In this document: positions 1-9,451 of the stretch, in pieces
Layout: each line of letters begins with the position of its first letter
Position numbering within the stretch: the stretch's first letter is position 1
Assembly (NCBI GenBank): GCA_041747375.1
Contig: JBGTFH010000076.1
Span: 32,671 to 96,670 of the forward strand
Direction: 5' to 3'
Source of the DNA: Acidimicrobiia bacterium
GTDB taxonomy: Bacteria; Actinomycetota; Acidimicrobiia; Spongiisociales; ZC4RG35
Length of the DNA stretch: 64,000 nucleotides
Made by a program: the position numbers and the translations under genes
The notes under the pieces: generated by a model
What the model was told of the DNA's origin: nothing
The model's input: only the letters and a program-made list of their open reading frames with translations
The model's database searches: none

Positions 1-553
1 GAAAGCGTTTCCGACTGGTACTGATCTTGCGACGGTGTGCCGCATAGGCGAGGAATGCAGAAGCCGCCCCCAGGCCGATGAGTATCAATCCCACCCCGCC
101 CGTCGCTCCAACTACCCAATCGAGTCCCGGCGGTAAGTCGAATGTGTCGTAGGCAAGACGCAAATCGCCACCGTCGCCAAATGGCAGCATCAGGGCCTGG
201 GCCAGGGACTGACGTAGAATTTGAATAGTTATCCAGAGGAACGTCAGTCGCGAGAGGTCCTGGCCCTTGAGAGAAGGGTATGTAAAGAGGAGAAGCAGGC
301 CGATGACGAGAGTGAGCAAAAACCCGCCTGCCCATGCCACATCGGTCGCCCCGGTGAATTCGACGCGGTTGTTGTAGAGGACGGCTTCTCCGCCCAGGAT
401 CTCGGCGAGGATCCCGTCGCCCAGATCGTCGAGAAATTGGGCAATGACGATTCCAAAGACGGATGCAAGAGCAGAAGCGGTAACAAGGGGAAATCCGATC
501 GCTCGAACGACGTCGCCTATCGAATTCCGTTCATTTGCCGTTTCCGTGCTCAC
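1..553 (-). CDS. integral membrane protein, C-terminus beyond window edge
   Basis: My own translation of the minus strand from GTG (551-553) stays open to position 1 (VSTETANERNSIGDVVRAIGFPLVTASALASVFGIVIAQF...GLILIGLGAASAFLAYAAHRRK). It has several hydrophobic helices. It is absent from the ORF track because there is no stop inside the window. Confidence 0.4.
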   Translation of the reverse strand, partial: MSTETANERNSIGDVVRAIGFPLVTASALASVFGIVIAQFLDDLGDGILAEILGGEAVLYNNRVEFTGATDVAWAGGFLLTLVIGLLLLFTYPSLKGQDLSRLTFLWITIQILRQSLAQALMLPFGDGGDLRLAYDTFDLPPGLDWVVGATGGVGLILIGLGAASAFLAYAAHRRKISTSRKRF

Positions 554-647
554 AGGTGCCAAAGCCTAAACGACATGGCGGAAGATTCCACTAAGTCCTG
601 ATGAACACCCAAAAGGAGTGGTCATCGTTTCCGACGACGAGCTCCCA

Positions 648-899
648 TCAGGCGACGATCAGGGTCACAACGGTCCAGAGCACGAATAGCCCGATCGATC
701 CCAGCAAGAGCGGCCAGGTCCGCCTCCAATTGAGAGCACCCCATAGAGAAAACCCGATAAGGGAGATGGCCATCACACCGGTCCACCATCCTGGGACCAG
801 CCCGGCAACCGCGGCCCCGATAACAAGGACTGCAACCACCAGGACAAATCCACCGGCAACAAGGGCGTAAAGGATCTGCCGTGGTGTCGGCTCACTCAT
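648..899 (-). CDS. small multi-pass membrane protein
   Basis: Internal ATG at 899 of ORF 648..1091 gives MSEPTPRQILYALVAGGFVLVVAVLVIGAAVAGLV..., which is almost entirely hydrophobic helices. There is an 8-nt overlap with the mug stop. Confidence 0.5.
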   Translation of the reverse strand: MSEPTPRQILYALVAGGFVLVVAVLVIGAAVAGLVPGWWTGVMAISLIGFSLWGALNWRRTWPLLLGSIGLFVLWTVVTLIVA

Positions 900-1455
900 G
901 AATACCCGCCGCGTCGGCGACAGCCCGAAACCATTCGCTGAGGTCGGCAAGGGTGGCGTGGGCATTGAGACCACTCGGGTTTGGCAAAACCCACCACTCG
1001 GCCGGGCCGCTTCGACCCTGTGGGCCGAGCACCGCCGATTTGGTCCCGAACGCACTCCGATAGGCAGTGACGCCTGCCACTGCGACCACAACAGGCTTGA
1101 TCGACTCGACGAGCCGGGTCAGCCGGTGGCCACCCTCCTCCAGTTCCTCCCTGGTCAATTCGCTGGCCCGGATTGTCGCCCGTTGTACCAAATTGGAGAT
1201 ACCCATCCCGGTCGAGATGAAGGCTGTCCGCTGCTCATCGGTCATTCCCCTGTTGGTGTCGATATCGAAGTCGATCAGACCGGCGCCACGGAGGGCGGGG
1301 TAGAACCGGTTGGAAGGGTGGCAAAAATGAGTCTGTGTCGCTGCAGTCCAAAGCCCGGGATTGATCCCGACGAACAACAGACGGCAGTCAGACCCGATCA
1401 GATCAGGAACGGTGGCGTCGCGAAAAGTCTCGAGCTGTGACCTGGAGAAACCCAC
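892..1455 (-). CDS. mug: G/U mismatch-specific (family 2) uracil-DNA glycosylase
   Basis: 187 aa. FVGINPG...HPSNRF and VLPNPSGLN motifs are colinear with E. coli Mug. GTG start. Confidence 0.85.
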   Translation of the reverse strand: MGFSRSQLETFRDATVPDLIGSDCRLLFVGINPGLWTAATQTHFCHPSNRFYPALRGAGLIDFDIDTNRGMTDEQRTAFISTGMGISNLVQRATIRASELTREELEEGGHRLTRLVESIKPVVVAVAGVTAYRSAFGTKSAVLGPQGRSGPAEWWVLPNPSGLNAHATLADLSEWFRAVADAAGIHE

Positions 1456-1487
1456 CTGACTGACTGTAGATCATGCCACCGATATGG

Positions 1488-2405
1488 CTATGGCGGATCA
1501 GGAGGTTCGGTCGTTGGCGTCGTCGTCGTCGGAGGTTCGGTGGTCGTCGTCGGCGGAGGTTCGGTTGTAGAAGTCGTCGGAGGTTCGGTTGTAGACGTCG
1601 TCGTCGGCGGAGGAGGAGGCTCGGTCGTTGTCGTCGGCGGAGGAGGAGGCTCGGACGTCGATGTGGACGGGTGGTGAGTTGTTGACGGTGATGGTGTGGT
1701 CGTCGTTGCCCCCGGCAGAGTTGTCGTGGTCGTGGTCGGTGAGGTCTTTCCTTTTCGTGGTGGCTTCACTGCCGTTGGGGCTGGAGCCGTCGAAGAATTG
1801 GCCTCGACCGACGAAGAAGTCGTGGGCTCCAAGGACGATGTCGACCCATCGCTGGTGGTCGTCTCGACGGCTATCGCCTCGACGTCCGTGATATTGCAAT
1901 TGGTTGCCGTGACGGAACGGACGTTCTTACCTTCCAGCGAGACAAAGTCGGAGTGGATGTAGACCGTCTCAAAACCGGTCATGTCGGCGTGGACCACCAT
2001 CCAATCGCCGGCGGTTCCGCTGACCTTCACTTCCTCACCACCATTCAGCTTGCCGAGTTCGCCAACACCCGGACAGGCGAAGTAAGGCACTGATGCACCT
2101 TGGATGGTTCCTGAAGCGCTACCCCCCATCACGGTGGAAAAGCCAAAGGCGGTCAGGATCACCAGGAAAGTTGCGAGGGCCATGAAAAGAGGGCCGCTCC
2201 CCCCAGGCCGCCTCGGCGGCTTGGCGGCGCTCCTCGGCGGCTTAGCTGTCTTCGTTTTTGGCGCCGTCTTGTGTTTCGGTCCTGCCTTTTCGCCGGCTGC
2301 TCCGGTGGAGATCTTGGACATTACCCCGGCGAGAAACCCGTCACCTTGTCCGGACGCGGGTGGACGTGACGATGGCGAGGGAGGTTCGTTGCCATTTTGA
2401 GTCAT
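1488..2405 (-). CDS. membrane-anchored protein with SH3b-like module and C-terminal Pro/Thr-rich repeat tail
   Basis: 305 aa. Basic N-terminus, one TM helix (LFMALATFLVILTAFGF), a small beta-rich segment (EVKVSGTAGDWMVVHADMTGFETVYIH), then a (T)nEPP(P) repeat tail. Confidence 0.7.
   Translation of the reverse strand: MTQNGNEPPSPSSRPPASGQGDGFLAGVMSKISTGAAGEKAGPKHKTAPKTKTAKPPRSAAKPPRRPGGSGPLFMALATFLVILTAFGFSTVMGGSASGTIQGASVPYFACPGVGELGKLNGGEEVKVSGTAGDWMVVHADMTGFETVYIHSDFVSLEGKNVRSVTATNCNITDVEAIAVETTTSDGSTSSLEPTTSSSVEANSSTAPAPTAVKPPRKGKTSPTTTTTTLPGATTTTPSPSTTHHPSTSTSEPPPPPTTTTEPPPPPTTTSTTEPPTTSTTEPPPTTTTEPPTTTTPTTEPPDPP
1501..1655 (-). repeat. imperfect in-frame tandem DNA repeats encoding TTEPP(P) units
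   Basis: GGAGGTTCGGT recurs at 1501, 1531, 1555 and 1579. GGCGGAGGAGGAGGCTCGG recurs twice at about 1606 and 1636. Confidence 0.85.
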
Positions 2406-2446
2406 TGACTTACGTCAAATACAACTCGCTATTTGCAAATAGTCAA
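2405..2446 (-). promoter_or_regulatory. AT-rich nested palindromes / candidate promoter-operator upstream of the PT-rich gene
   Basis: TTGAC-ttac-GTCAA (2405-2418), perfect 14-bp palindrome CTATTTGCAAATAG (2429-2442), and outer arms TTGACT (2405-2410) / AGTCAA (2441-2446). On the minus strand, TTGACT-N17-TGTATT resembles -35/-10 elements. Confidence 0.4.
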
Positions 2447-2501
2447 TAGCCAAACTCGATATGTGGATGGCGACCAGGACCGCCGTCTTGGCTGGTTCAG
2501 G

Positions 2502-3116
2502 CTATTTCTTCTGGCTCTGATAGTAGGGGTCGTCACCAGAGGCGTGGTCGGTGACATCGACGACCGAGGTGAGTTCCGGGATCGACTCGAGAATGATCCT
2601 CTCGATTCCCTGCTTGAGGGTGACCTGGGCGAGCCCACATCCCTGGCAGCCCCCGAACAGACGCAAGTAAGCAATCGTGCCGTCGACTGACACCAGCTCG
2701 GCTCCTCCCCCGTGTGAGGCAATGGCGGGGTTGACTTGTTGGGTTATGACCTGCTGTACCCGCTCCACCAGAGGCCCCTCGAGGTCACCGGCGGGAGCTG
2801 ACATAGCGGGTGGTGCTGGCGAATTGGGATTGTTCATCACCAGGCCCTCGCCGGTCAGTTCCAGCGCGGCCCCATCGAGTTTCTCGGTGTCTTGCTCGGG
2901 GAAGATCACTGCCATGTCGCCATGACGTTCCACAACCCAGCCTTCCTTCTTGTCCGACAGGGCCACGAAAGCCAGTTCATATGAGAATTGGGGGCCACGG
3001 AATCCGGTCACCTCGATGGATAAGGCGAACTCCTCGTCCCCGGGTTCCTGGTCACGCAATTGGCGAATCATCTCCAGGGCGTCTGCTTCAATGTTGATTA
3101 CTGTCGATTCAGGCAT
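2502..3116 (-). CDS. nfuA: Fe-S cluster carrier NfuA-like (degenerate A-type N-domain plus Nfu C-domain)
   Basis: C-terminal VNPAIASHGGGAELVSV...LFGGCQGCGLAQVTLKQGIE is colinear with E. coli NfuA (CxxC). ATG at 3116; alternative TTG at 3125. Confidence 0.85.
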   Translation of the reverse strand: MPESTVINIEADALEMIRQLRDQEPGDEEFALSIEVTGFRGPQFSYELAFVALSDKKEGWVVERHGDMAVIFPEQDTEKLDGAALELTGEGLVMNNPNSPAPPAMSAPAGDLEGPLVERVQQVITQQVNPAIASHGGGAELVSVDGTIAYLRLFGGCQGCGLAQVTLKQGIERIILESIPELTSVVDVTDHASGDDPYYQSQKK

Positions 3117-3153
3117 CTCGCACAATGCTAGTCGGGCTCTAATCTCAAATTCG

Positions 3154-4359
3154 ATGCCCCGAGTACTTGTCGTCCTGCCCAGCCAGACCTACCGAGCCAG
3201 CGATTTCATCAAAGCAGGAGAGGAACTGGGGATCGATCTGATAGTGGCATCAGAGGCCGACCCACCCATCGATATGGGAGACCGCTACCTGCAAATCGAC
3301 TGTGACGACCCGGAAGGGGCCACCGATGCGATAGTCGCCGCCGGAGACTCGATTCCGATCGACGGGATCGTCGCCGCCGACGACGCCGGGGTGATTGTGG
3401 CGGCCCTTGCCGGCACCAGGTTGGGTCTCATCGCCAACGACCCCGCAGCCGCTCGGGCGAGCAGAGACAAGGCAAGACAGCGTGAACTGCTCGGAAAAAG
3501 CGAGGTCCCACAGCCGAATTGGTCACGGCTGGCGCCCGACTCAGACGCTCTCGAGGTTGGCGGTCGAATCGGGTATCCCCTCGTAATCAAGCCGCTCGAC
3601 CGTTCCGCCGGGCAGGGTGTAATCCGCGTCGACTCCGAACCCGACCTCGAGCCAACAATCAAGCGGGTGCGCTCCATATTTCCCGATGGCGATACCCGGG
3701 ACCTGTTGGTCGAGGAGTACATGGCCGGGTCCGAAGTGGCCGTCGAGGGCATCATCACACCGGAAGGGTTTTTGACGCTGGCCATTTTCGACAAACCCGA
3801 TCCGATACCGGGAGATGGATTCCAGGAAACGATTCTGATCACCCCGTCCCGCCATTCCGACGCCGTCCAGAGCGAGTGCATCCGGGTGGCCACCGCCGCG
3901 GCCAAAGCAATCGGCCTCAGTCATGGGCCGGTCCACATCGAACTCATGGTCTCCGACGACTCGGTCAAGGTCGTCGAAATCGCAGCACGGTCGATTGGCG
4001 GTCTATGCTCGAAGAGTCTCCGGTTCGGTCTGATGGACACCTCCTTGGAAAGCCTCATTCTCCGTAATGCACTGGGAAGGGACAAACGGGAATTGCGCCG
4101 AAACGGCAGGGCCAGCGGTGTCTTGATGATCCCGATTCCAGGAAGCGGCGTACTCGACTCGATACAAGGGTTGGAGGATGTCAGGGCACTCGAAGGAATC
4201 TCGAGTGTCGACGTCACGGCCATACCGGGTGACGTCTTGTTACCTCCCCCCGAAGGTGATCGCTATATCGGCTTCGTGTTCAGCACCGGAGAGACACCCG
4301 AGCAAGTCGAGGCGTCCCTGCGTACAGCGATGAACCGGATTGCGGTGCGGATCAGATGA
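3154..4359 (+). CDS. ATP-grasp family ligase, substrate unknown
   Basis: Internal ATG at 3154 (MPRVLVVLPSQ...). Upstream ORF extension overlaps nfuA antisense. GYPLVIKPLDRSAGQGVIRV and EEYMAGSEVAVEG are typical ATP-grasp strands. Confidence 0.7.
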   Translation: MPRVLVVLPSQTYRASDFIKAGEELGIDLIVASEADPPIDMGDRYLQIDCDDPEGATDAIVAAGDSIPIDGIVAADDAGVIVAALAGTRLGLIANDPAAARASRDKARQRELLGKSEVPQPNWSRLAPDSDALEVGGRIGYPLVIKPLDRSAGQGVIRVDSEPDLEPTIKRVRSIFPDGDTRDLLVEEYMAGSEVAVEGIITPEGFLTLAIFDKPDPIPGDGFQETILITPSRHSDAVQSECIRVATAAAKAIGLSHGPVHIELMVSDDSVKVVEIAARSIGGLCSKSLRFGLMDTSLESLILRNALGRDKRELRRNGRASGVLMIPIPGSGVLDSIQGLEDVRALEGISSVDVTAIPGDVLLPPPEGDRYIGFVFSTGETPEQVEASLRTAMNRIAVRIR

Positions 4360-4471
4360 GCAAGGAAAGTCGGGGAATCAGTTGGGAGAGCCGGAGCGAC
4401 AAACCTTCAATGTCTAGTTCAAGGTTCAGTCTTACCCTCGCAATTGCGCGTAAGACGATTTTGTCATTTAC

Positions 4472-5098
4472 ATGAGCACCGTGATGATCTTTGCGGGCGG
4501 TGATCCCGTGCCGGAGTCCCTCCGCGGAGAACTACCCGACGCCGATTTTGTGATCGCTGCTGACAGCGGCCACGACATCGCCCGTACCCTGGGTGTGGGC
4601 GTCGATGTGATCGTCGGGGATTTCGATTCACTCTCCCCCGCCTCGCCGGTGGCTGAGACAACCCAACGGATCGACTTTCCGGCGGACAAGGACGCCACCG
4701 ATCTCGAGTTGGCTTTTCAACTCGCCTCCGAGCGCCAACCGCGGCGGATTGTCATGGTCGGCGCCGAGGGTGGGCGTTTTGACCACGAGTTGAGTGCCCT
4801 GGGATTGATTTCCTCACCACGCTGGTCGGGTGTTCCTGAGATCGAATGGGTCCGAAGCGATTCCCACATCTACCTGATTCGCAACACGATCCGCATCCAG
4901 GGCGACCCGGGGGAAACCATCTCTTTGCTGGCATTGGGCGGTGATGCAGTTGGGGTGACCACCACCGGACTGGTTTGGGCACTCGATGACGAAATACTCC
5001 GCTACGGGTCGAGTCGGGGCACGAGCAATCAGTTCAGCAGTCCTGAAGCAACCATCCGGGTCGGGTCGGGGACCCTGCTCGCGGTGATACCGAGGTAG
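4472..5098 (+). CDS. thiN: thiamine pyrophosphokinase
   Basis: 208 aa. IFAGGD...ADSG...VGDFDS...DKDATDLELA pattern of the TPK catalytic domain, followed by a beta-sandwich thiamine-binding region. Confidence 0.7.
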   Translation: MSTVMIFAGGDPVPESLRGELPDADFVIAADSGHDIARTLGVGVDVIVGDFDSLSPASPVAETTQRIDFPADKDATDLELAFQLASERQPRRIVMVGAEGGRFDHELSALGLISSPRWSGVPEIEWVRSDSHIYLIRNTIRIQGDPGETISLLALGGDAVGVTTTGLVWALDDEILRYGSSRGTSNQFSSPEATIRVGSGTLLAVIPR

Positions 5099-5100
5099 AA

Positions 5101-6630
5101 CTAGCGAAGACCTGCCAGGACAGAGTCATCCAGCGCATCGAAAGCCGACAAATATTCCGAACGCTCGAATTGCAGTCGGTCCACCACATCGCGGTAGTCA
5201 CGATCACGGCCCAAACGCTTATACAGGTGCGCCGGATTGAGCAGGTCGGGGTCCTCGACGCCGGGAACATGTCGGGCGATTTGGTATCCAAAGTCGTCAT
5301 CATCGACCCAATCGATGGTTCCTTCAACTATGGCCTGGACGATCGCCGACGAGTCCGGAATGGTGATCTTCTTGGAGTCGTCCCCCTCGCCACCAACCCG
5401 GCCGGTGTTGAGCACATATGCCTCGAGATCAGGCACAGTTTCGAGCAATTCGAGGAGTCGGTTGCCCTGCAATGCGTCGTCATCGAAGAAGAATGGGTTG
5501 GTGCCCGGTACCCGAAGACTCTTACCCGCCTCGGCCGCTCCGCCAGCGGACGTTCCCTTGGTCTCCCCCAGCATGAAATACGCGGCGATCTGTGATCGCT
5601 TGAGACGGGAGACGGCAGGGATGATGTGGTCGGAGCGATTGAGAATCAGGAGGTAGCTGGCATTGGGCACCCCGAGAGGATCACGATGCTTGATCGACGA
5701 CATCGGAAAAGTGCATCGTCCATTCGCTGTATGAGACGTGTCGAAGAAGTCAACCTTGCCCTCGGGCGAAACTGAGACGTTTTCAAGCCAAGCGTCCGGG
5801 CGTGTCGTACCCCCGTAGATAGTCGGCTCGTCGTCAGGATCGAGGCCATAGGTTTTCGCAAAGCAACCCGCTTCGGTGGTATGCACGGCACCCCCGGGCA
5901 TCAAAGCGACGAAGTCGTCCTGTACTGCAAGGGACCCTAATTGCCGTCGGAAAGTGGTCGTTGTCTTGCCGGTGCCTGACAGGCCGATGATAAGCATCGA
6001 CTCCTCGGCGCCGCTCCGGGTCGATTCGGCCGGGAATGTCTTGAGACCGGCATGAAGGGCAAGCCCGCCACGGTCGAAGACCAAACGGTTCCACATCCTG
6101 AGGCTGCCCATTTTCGATTCGCCGAAGTAGTCGGACCCGAATACCCGTGTGGTCCAGTTGTCGAGATCAACGACGATCAAACGGTCGTCAGGCTTTCCAG
6201 GGGCGGCAAGCCCGGGGGTGTAGATAACGGTGAATTCGGGTTCCCAGGATGCATCCTTGGGAAAGAAGAGATGGGTTTGCATCGCAGCGATATTGGGTTG
6301 CGACGACTCGATAAACATCTGACAGGCGGTGCGAAAATCGGGATCGGGGCCGATATAGCCTTCGACGAGGATCATCTCCTTGTCGGCGATGTAAGCGTCC
6401 TGCTTCGCGGCCCAGGTTTCGGCCTCGTCTTTTCCGATTCGATTTTGCTTTATGTCGGCTTCGGAAACGAAAAACGTAGAGTTCTTGAGACGGGCAGTCA
6501 CCTCAGCCTGATAGTTGAGATTGCCGAACTCGGTTATCGAAAGTCTCGGCATCCGTTCCAACGCCAACTCACGCAGTCGTGCGTTATCGGGTGATCTTTC
6601 CACCGATCGCGCAGAAGGAAGCTTTGGCAT
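5101..6630 (-). CDS. pckA: phosphoenolpyruvate carboxykinase (ATP-type, divergent)
   Basis: IIGLSGTGKTTTTF kinase-1a P-loop, plus FPMSSIKH and NTGRVGG regions as in ATP-PEPCK. ATG at 6630 (TTG at 6633 in the track). Confidence 0.7.
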   Translation of the reverse strand: MPKLPSARSVERSPDNARLRELALERMPRLSITEFGNLNYQAEVTARLKNSTFFVSEADIKQNRIGKDEAETWAAKQDAYIADKEMILVEGYIGPDPDFRTACQMFIESSQPNIAAMQTHLFFPKDASWEPEFTVIYTPGLAAPGKPDDRLIVVDLDNWTTRVFGSDYFGESKMGSLRMWNRLVFDRGGLALHAGLKTFPAESTRSGAEESMLIIGLSGTGKTTTTFRRQLGSLAVQDDFVALMPGGAVHTTEAGCFAKTYGLDPDDEPTIYGGTTRPDAWLENVSVSPEGKVDFFDTSHTANGRCTFPMSSIKHRDPLGVPNASYLLILNRSDHIIPAVSRLKRSQIAAYFMLGETKGTSAGGAAEAGKSLRVPGTNPFFFDDDALQGNRLLELLETVPDLEAYVLNTGRVGGEGDDSKKITIPDSSAIVQAIVEGTIDWVDDDDFGYQIARHVPGVEDPDLLNPAHLYKRLGRDRDYRDVVDRLQFERSEYLSAFDALDDSVLAGLR

Positions 6631-6749
6631 CAAACGGACTCCACCTGTTAGTGAATGAACGATTCAGAGTAATAGCGCATAAAGACTCAATGAAAATCTG
6701 CCGATCCCGAGTTCTGAGCTACCCGATCGACGGAGATACCATTACCAGG

Positions 6750-7523
6750 ATGTCGCGGATTTCAATCCTTTTGGCTGTTGCCACCGTTCTCAGTGCGTGT
6801 GCAGCGAGTTCGGTCGAATCGACGACGTCCACTTCGGCCGTTCCGTCGACAACCACTACAACGACCATCACCACTCCCCAACCGACGTTCTACGAGGGCT
6901 TTGCGGAATCGCCCCTGCCCGACGACGTCAGCGTCGTAGCGATGTCAAAGGGCGATCTGGCTATCTATTCCGAGCCCGATTCCAAAGAGCCCACTAGCTC
7001 TCTCCCCGCGGCGACCATCCTGGGAACGGTGACGGTTGTCACGGTCACCGAAGGGCCCACCGATGGATGGGCGAAAGTGATGTTGCCGGTTCGACCAAAT
7101 GGATCGGAGGGGTGGGTAAAGACGTCCGACGTTCAGCTCTTCCTGGTTGAAGGGCGGGTTGTGGTCGACCTCTCCGACAAATCGTTGACCTACTACGTGC
7201 GCGGTGAGGAAGTGCTCAATTCGGTCGTCGCTGTCGGAACTTCTCGAAATCCCACCCCGACCGGCCAATTCTTCGTGACCGACAGTGTCACACTCGCCAA
7301 CGCCGATTCAGCGTGGGGGCCACACGCCCTGGGCCTTTCCGGGCGTAGCGACACGATCACCGAATACAACGGTGGAGATGGAATCATCGGAATTCACGGG
7401 ACAAATCGGCCGGACTCCATCGGCAACGCCGCGTCACTGGGATGTGTGCGACTCCCCAACGACATCATCACCCAGCTCCACGGGCTGATCTCCATCGGAA
7501 CTCCCGTGGAGATCCAGGCCTAG
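6750..7523 (+). CDS. L,D-transpeptidase (YkuD) lipoprotein
   Basis: Internal ATG at 6750 gives the signal MSRISILLAVATVLSAC (lipobox). C-terminal IGIHGTNRPDSIGNAASLGCVRL is the YkuD catalytic motif. Confidence 0.9.
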   Translation: MSRISILLAVATVLSACAASSVESTTSTSAVPSTTTTTTITTPQPTFYEGFAESPLPDDVSVVAMSKGDLAIYSEPDSKEPTSSLPAATILGTVTVVTVTEGPTDGWAKVMLPVRPNGSEGWVKTSDVQLFLVEGRVVVDLSDKSLTYYVRGEEVLNSVVAVGTSRNPTPTGQFFVTDSVTLANADSAWGPHALGLSGRSDTITEYNGGDGIIGIHGTNRPDSIGNAASLGCVRLPNDIITQLHGLISIGTPVEIQA

Positions 7524-8377
7524 CCCACCGTCACCCGGGAGTTCGAGACCACGGTGGTATTGCGGCTCTCGACGCTGGCCGAAAGAACCAGCCCGTTGCC
7601 CTGCTCCCAGATTCGCGTGGTGACGGTCTCGCCCGGATAGACAACACCGGCAAAACGGGCCGAATATCCCGTAACCGAAGTCGTGTCGCCGTCCAGAGCC
7701 GAGTCGACAGTGGCTTTCAGGGCGATCCCATAGGTACAGAGCCCGTGGAGAATGGGGCGTTCGAACCCGGCGAACATGGCGAATCCGGGATCGGCATGGA
7801 GAGGGTTGAGGTCGCCGGAAGACATCCTGTAGAGGAGCGCCTGCTGCGGGAGTGTCTCGTATTCAACAACGAAGTCGGGTTCGCGGTCGGGCGGCGTGTC
7901 TCGCTCCCCGGGCCCACTTTCACCGCCGAAACCACCCTCGCCTCGAACGAAAATCGAGGGCCGGTTGGTAAAGAGCGGCTCATTGGTCTTCGTATCGATG
8001 GAGACGATTTCCATGGTTATCAGGGCGCCCTTACCCTTGTCATAGACGCCGGTCACACGTGCACTATTGCTGACCGAACCTTCCGTGGGAATCGGCCGAT
8101 GGACCACTACCTCGTGCTCACCATGGAGAATCTGGGTGAGGTTGATCTCGAGTCCGTCGATCAACCCCAAACTCATCATGGTCGCGAAGGGCGGGATGGT
8201 CGCGAAAGCGGGTAGAACCTGGAGATCACCTTCATAGACGTATCGCAACTCCCGTTCGTCGGTGGGTGGGTTGCCTGCACCGATTCCGAGGTGGTAGAGA
8301 ATCACATCCCGATCAGACCACGAGTAAGAGGTGGCCGGAAACACGCCTGCAATCACACGGTCGACGTCGATTGGCAT
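7520..8377 (-). CDS. MaoC-like double hot-dog (R)-specific enoyl-CoA hydratase
   Basis: 285 aa. SGDLNPLHADPGFA hydratase-2 motif. Domain order resembles the hydratase part of MFE-2. Confidence 0.8.
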   Translation of the reverse strand: MPIDVDRVIAGVFPATSYSWSDRDVILYHLGIGAGNPPTDERELRYVYEGDLQVLPAFATIPPFATMMSLGLIDGLEINLTQILHGEHEVVVHRPIPTEGSVSNSARVTGVYDKGKGALITMEIVSIDTKTNEPLFTNRPSIFVRGEGGFGGESGPGERDTPPDREPDFVVEYETLPQQALLYRMSSGDLNPLHADPGFAMFAGFERPILHGLCTYGIALKATVDSALDGDTTSVTGYSARFAGVVYPGETVTTRIWEQGNGLVLSASVESRNTTVVSNSRVTVG

Positions 8378-8380
8378 CGG

Positions 8381-9289
8381 TCAACCGGCTGCGATTCGAG
8401 CGATCATCATCAGTTCATCGTTGTTGTTCATCGGGATTTCGTATCTGGATATGTCGCGGATCTCGTCGAGATGGTCGGCGAGGGTCTCGACGGCGGGTAT
8501 CTCACCCTGCCCGGCAAACCATCCATCATTCACTCCAACGAAGACCCTGGCATAACGCCCGCCACCCACCGAGAAGACTTGATGGGTCAACTGGTTCGCC
8601 TCCGAGCACAGATAGACAACCATCGGAGTCACCTGGTCGGGGTCAAACATCTCGGCGAACGGGCCCAGGATGTCCTCGGTCATCCGGGTCCTGGCTGTCG
8701 GGGCGACGGCGTTCGACGTGATCCCGTACTTTTCACCCTCGATGGCCAGGACGTTGGAGAGACCTACCAAACCCGCCTTCGCGGCCCCGTAGTTTGACTG
8801 GCCGAAATTGCCAAAGAGGCCGCTCGCCGAGGTGGTGTGGACAAAACGCCCGTAGTTGTTCTCCTTCATCACCTTGAATGCCGGATGGGAGACAAAGAAC
8901 GCCCCTTTGAGATGGACATCGAGGACTGCCTCAACCTCGTCGAGGGTCATGTTGGCGAACGACTTGTCCCGGAGGATTCCGGCGTTGTTGACAACGATAT
9001 CGACCTTGCCAAATGCTTCAAGGGCCGTATGGACAATGGCTTCGCCCCCGTCACGGGACGATACCGAGTCGTAGTTCGGAACGGCTTCGCCCCCGGCGGC
9101 CTCGATCTCGGAGACGACAACATCTGCAGCCTTGTGGGATGAGCCACTTCCGTCGACCGCTCCCCCCAGGTCGTTGACCACCACCCGGGCACCACGGCGG
9201 GCCAATTCGAGGGCGTAGCCACGTCCCAGTCCACCGCCGGCCCCGGTGACTACGGCCACGCGTCCATCAAAAGTTATCGGTTCTGTCAT
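8381..9289 (-). CDS. short-chain dehydrogenase, MFE-2-type (3R)-hydroxyacyl-CoA dehydrogenase-like
   Basis: VAVVTGAGGGLGR Rossmann motif; NNAG; YGAAK catalytic YxxxK. Sits immediately upstream of the MaoC gene. Confidence 0.8.
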   Translation of the reverse strand: MTEPITFDGRVAVVTGAGGGLGRGYALELARRGARVVVNDLGGAVDGSGSSHKAADVVVSEIEAAGGEAVPNYDSVSSRDGGEAIVHTALEAFGKVDIVVNNAGILRDKSFANMTLDEVEAVLDVHLKGAFFVSHPAFKVMKENNYGRFVHTTSASGLFGNFGQSNYGAAKAGLVGLSNVLAIEGEKYGITSNAVAPTARTRMTEDILGPFAEMFDPDQVTPMVVYLCSEANQLTHQVFSVGGGRYARVFVGVNDGWFAGQGEIPAVETLADHLDEIRDISRYEIPMNNNDELMMIARIAAG

Positions 9290-9370
9290 ACCGTCAGTTT
9301 GACCCCGGGCTATTGCTTAGCGCAACTCAGGCGCCTCCCCATCCAGAGCGAAGCGATGTAGGGGGTGGAC

Positions 9371-9451
9371 GTTGCGAAAAGCAACGGCCGGGGGTGGACG
9401 GGAATCATTCGGAATCCTTCGGATTCCTTGGGAGTTTGCTCCGCAAACTCC
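9371..9451. other. cluster of three short-loop hairpins in the acad/SDR intergenic region
   Basis: GTTGC-gaaaa-GCAAC (9371-9385), GGAATCC-ttc-GGATTCC (9411-9427) and GGAGTTTGC-tcc-GCAAACTCC (9431-9451). The first hairpin is flanked by the direct repeat GGGGTGGACG (9362 and 9391). Confidence 0.6.

Noticed and set aside
1473-1685. 70-aa extremely Arg-rich ORF (RRRRRFGGRRRR...)
   Set aside because: It is the reverse-complement shadow of the Pro/Thr-repeat coding DNA; the minus-strand gene has a signal/TM region and a coherent domain layout.
2950-3153. N-terminal extension of the ATP-grasp ORF
   Set aside because: The extension overlaps nfuA on the opposite strand. The conserved ATP-grasp N-terminus begins at the internal ATG at 3154.
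4360-4471. Possible TPP riboswitch upstream of thiamine pyrophosphokinase
   Set aside because: I could not find the conserved CUGAGA / ACCUGAUCUGGAUAAUGCCAGCG-type elements in either strand of the 112-nt spacer.
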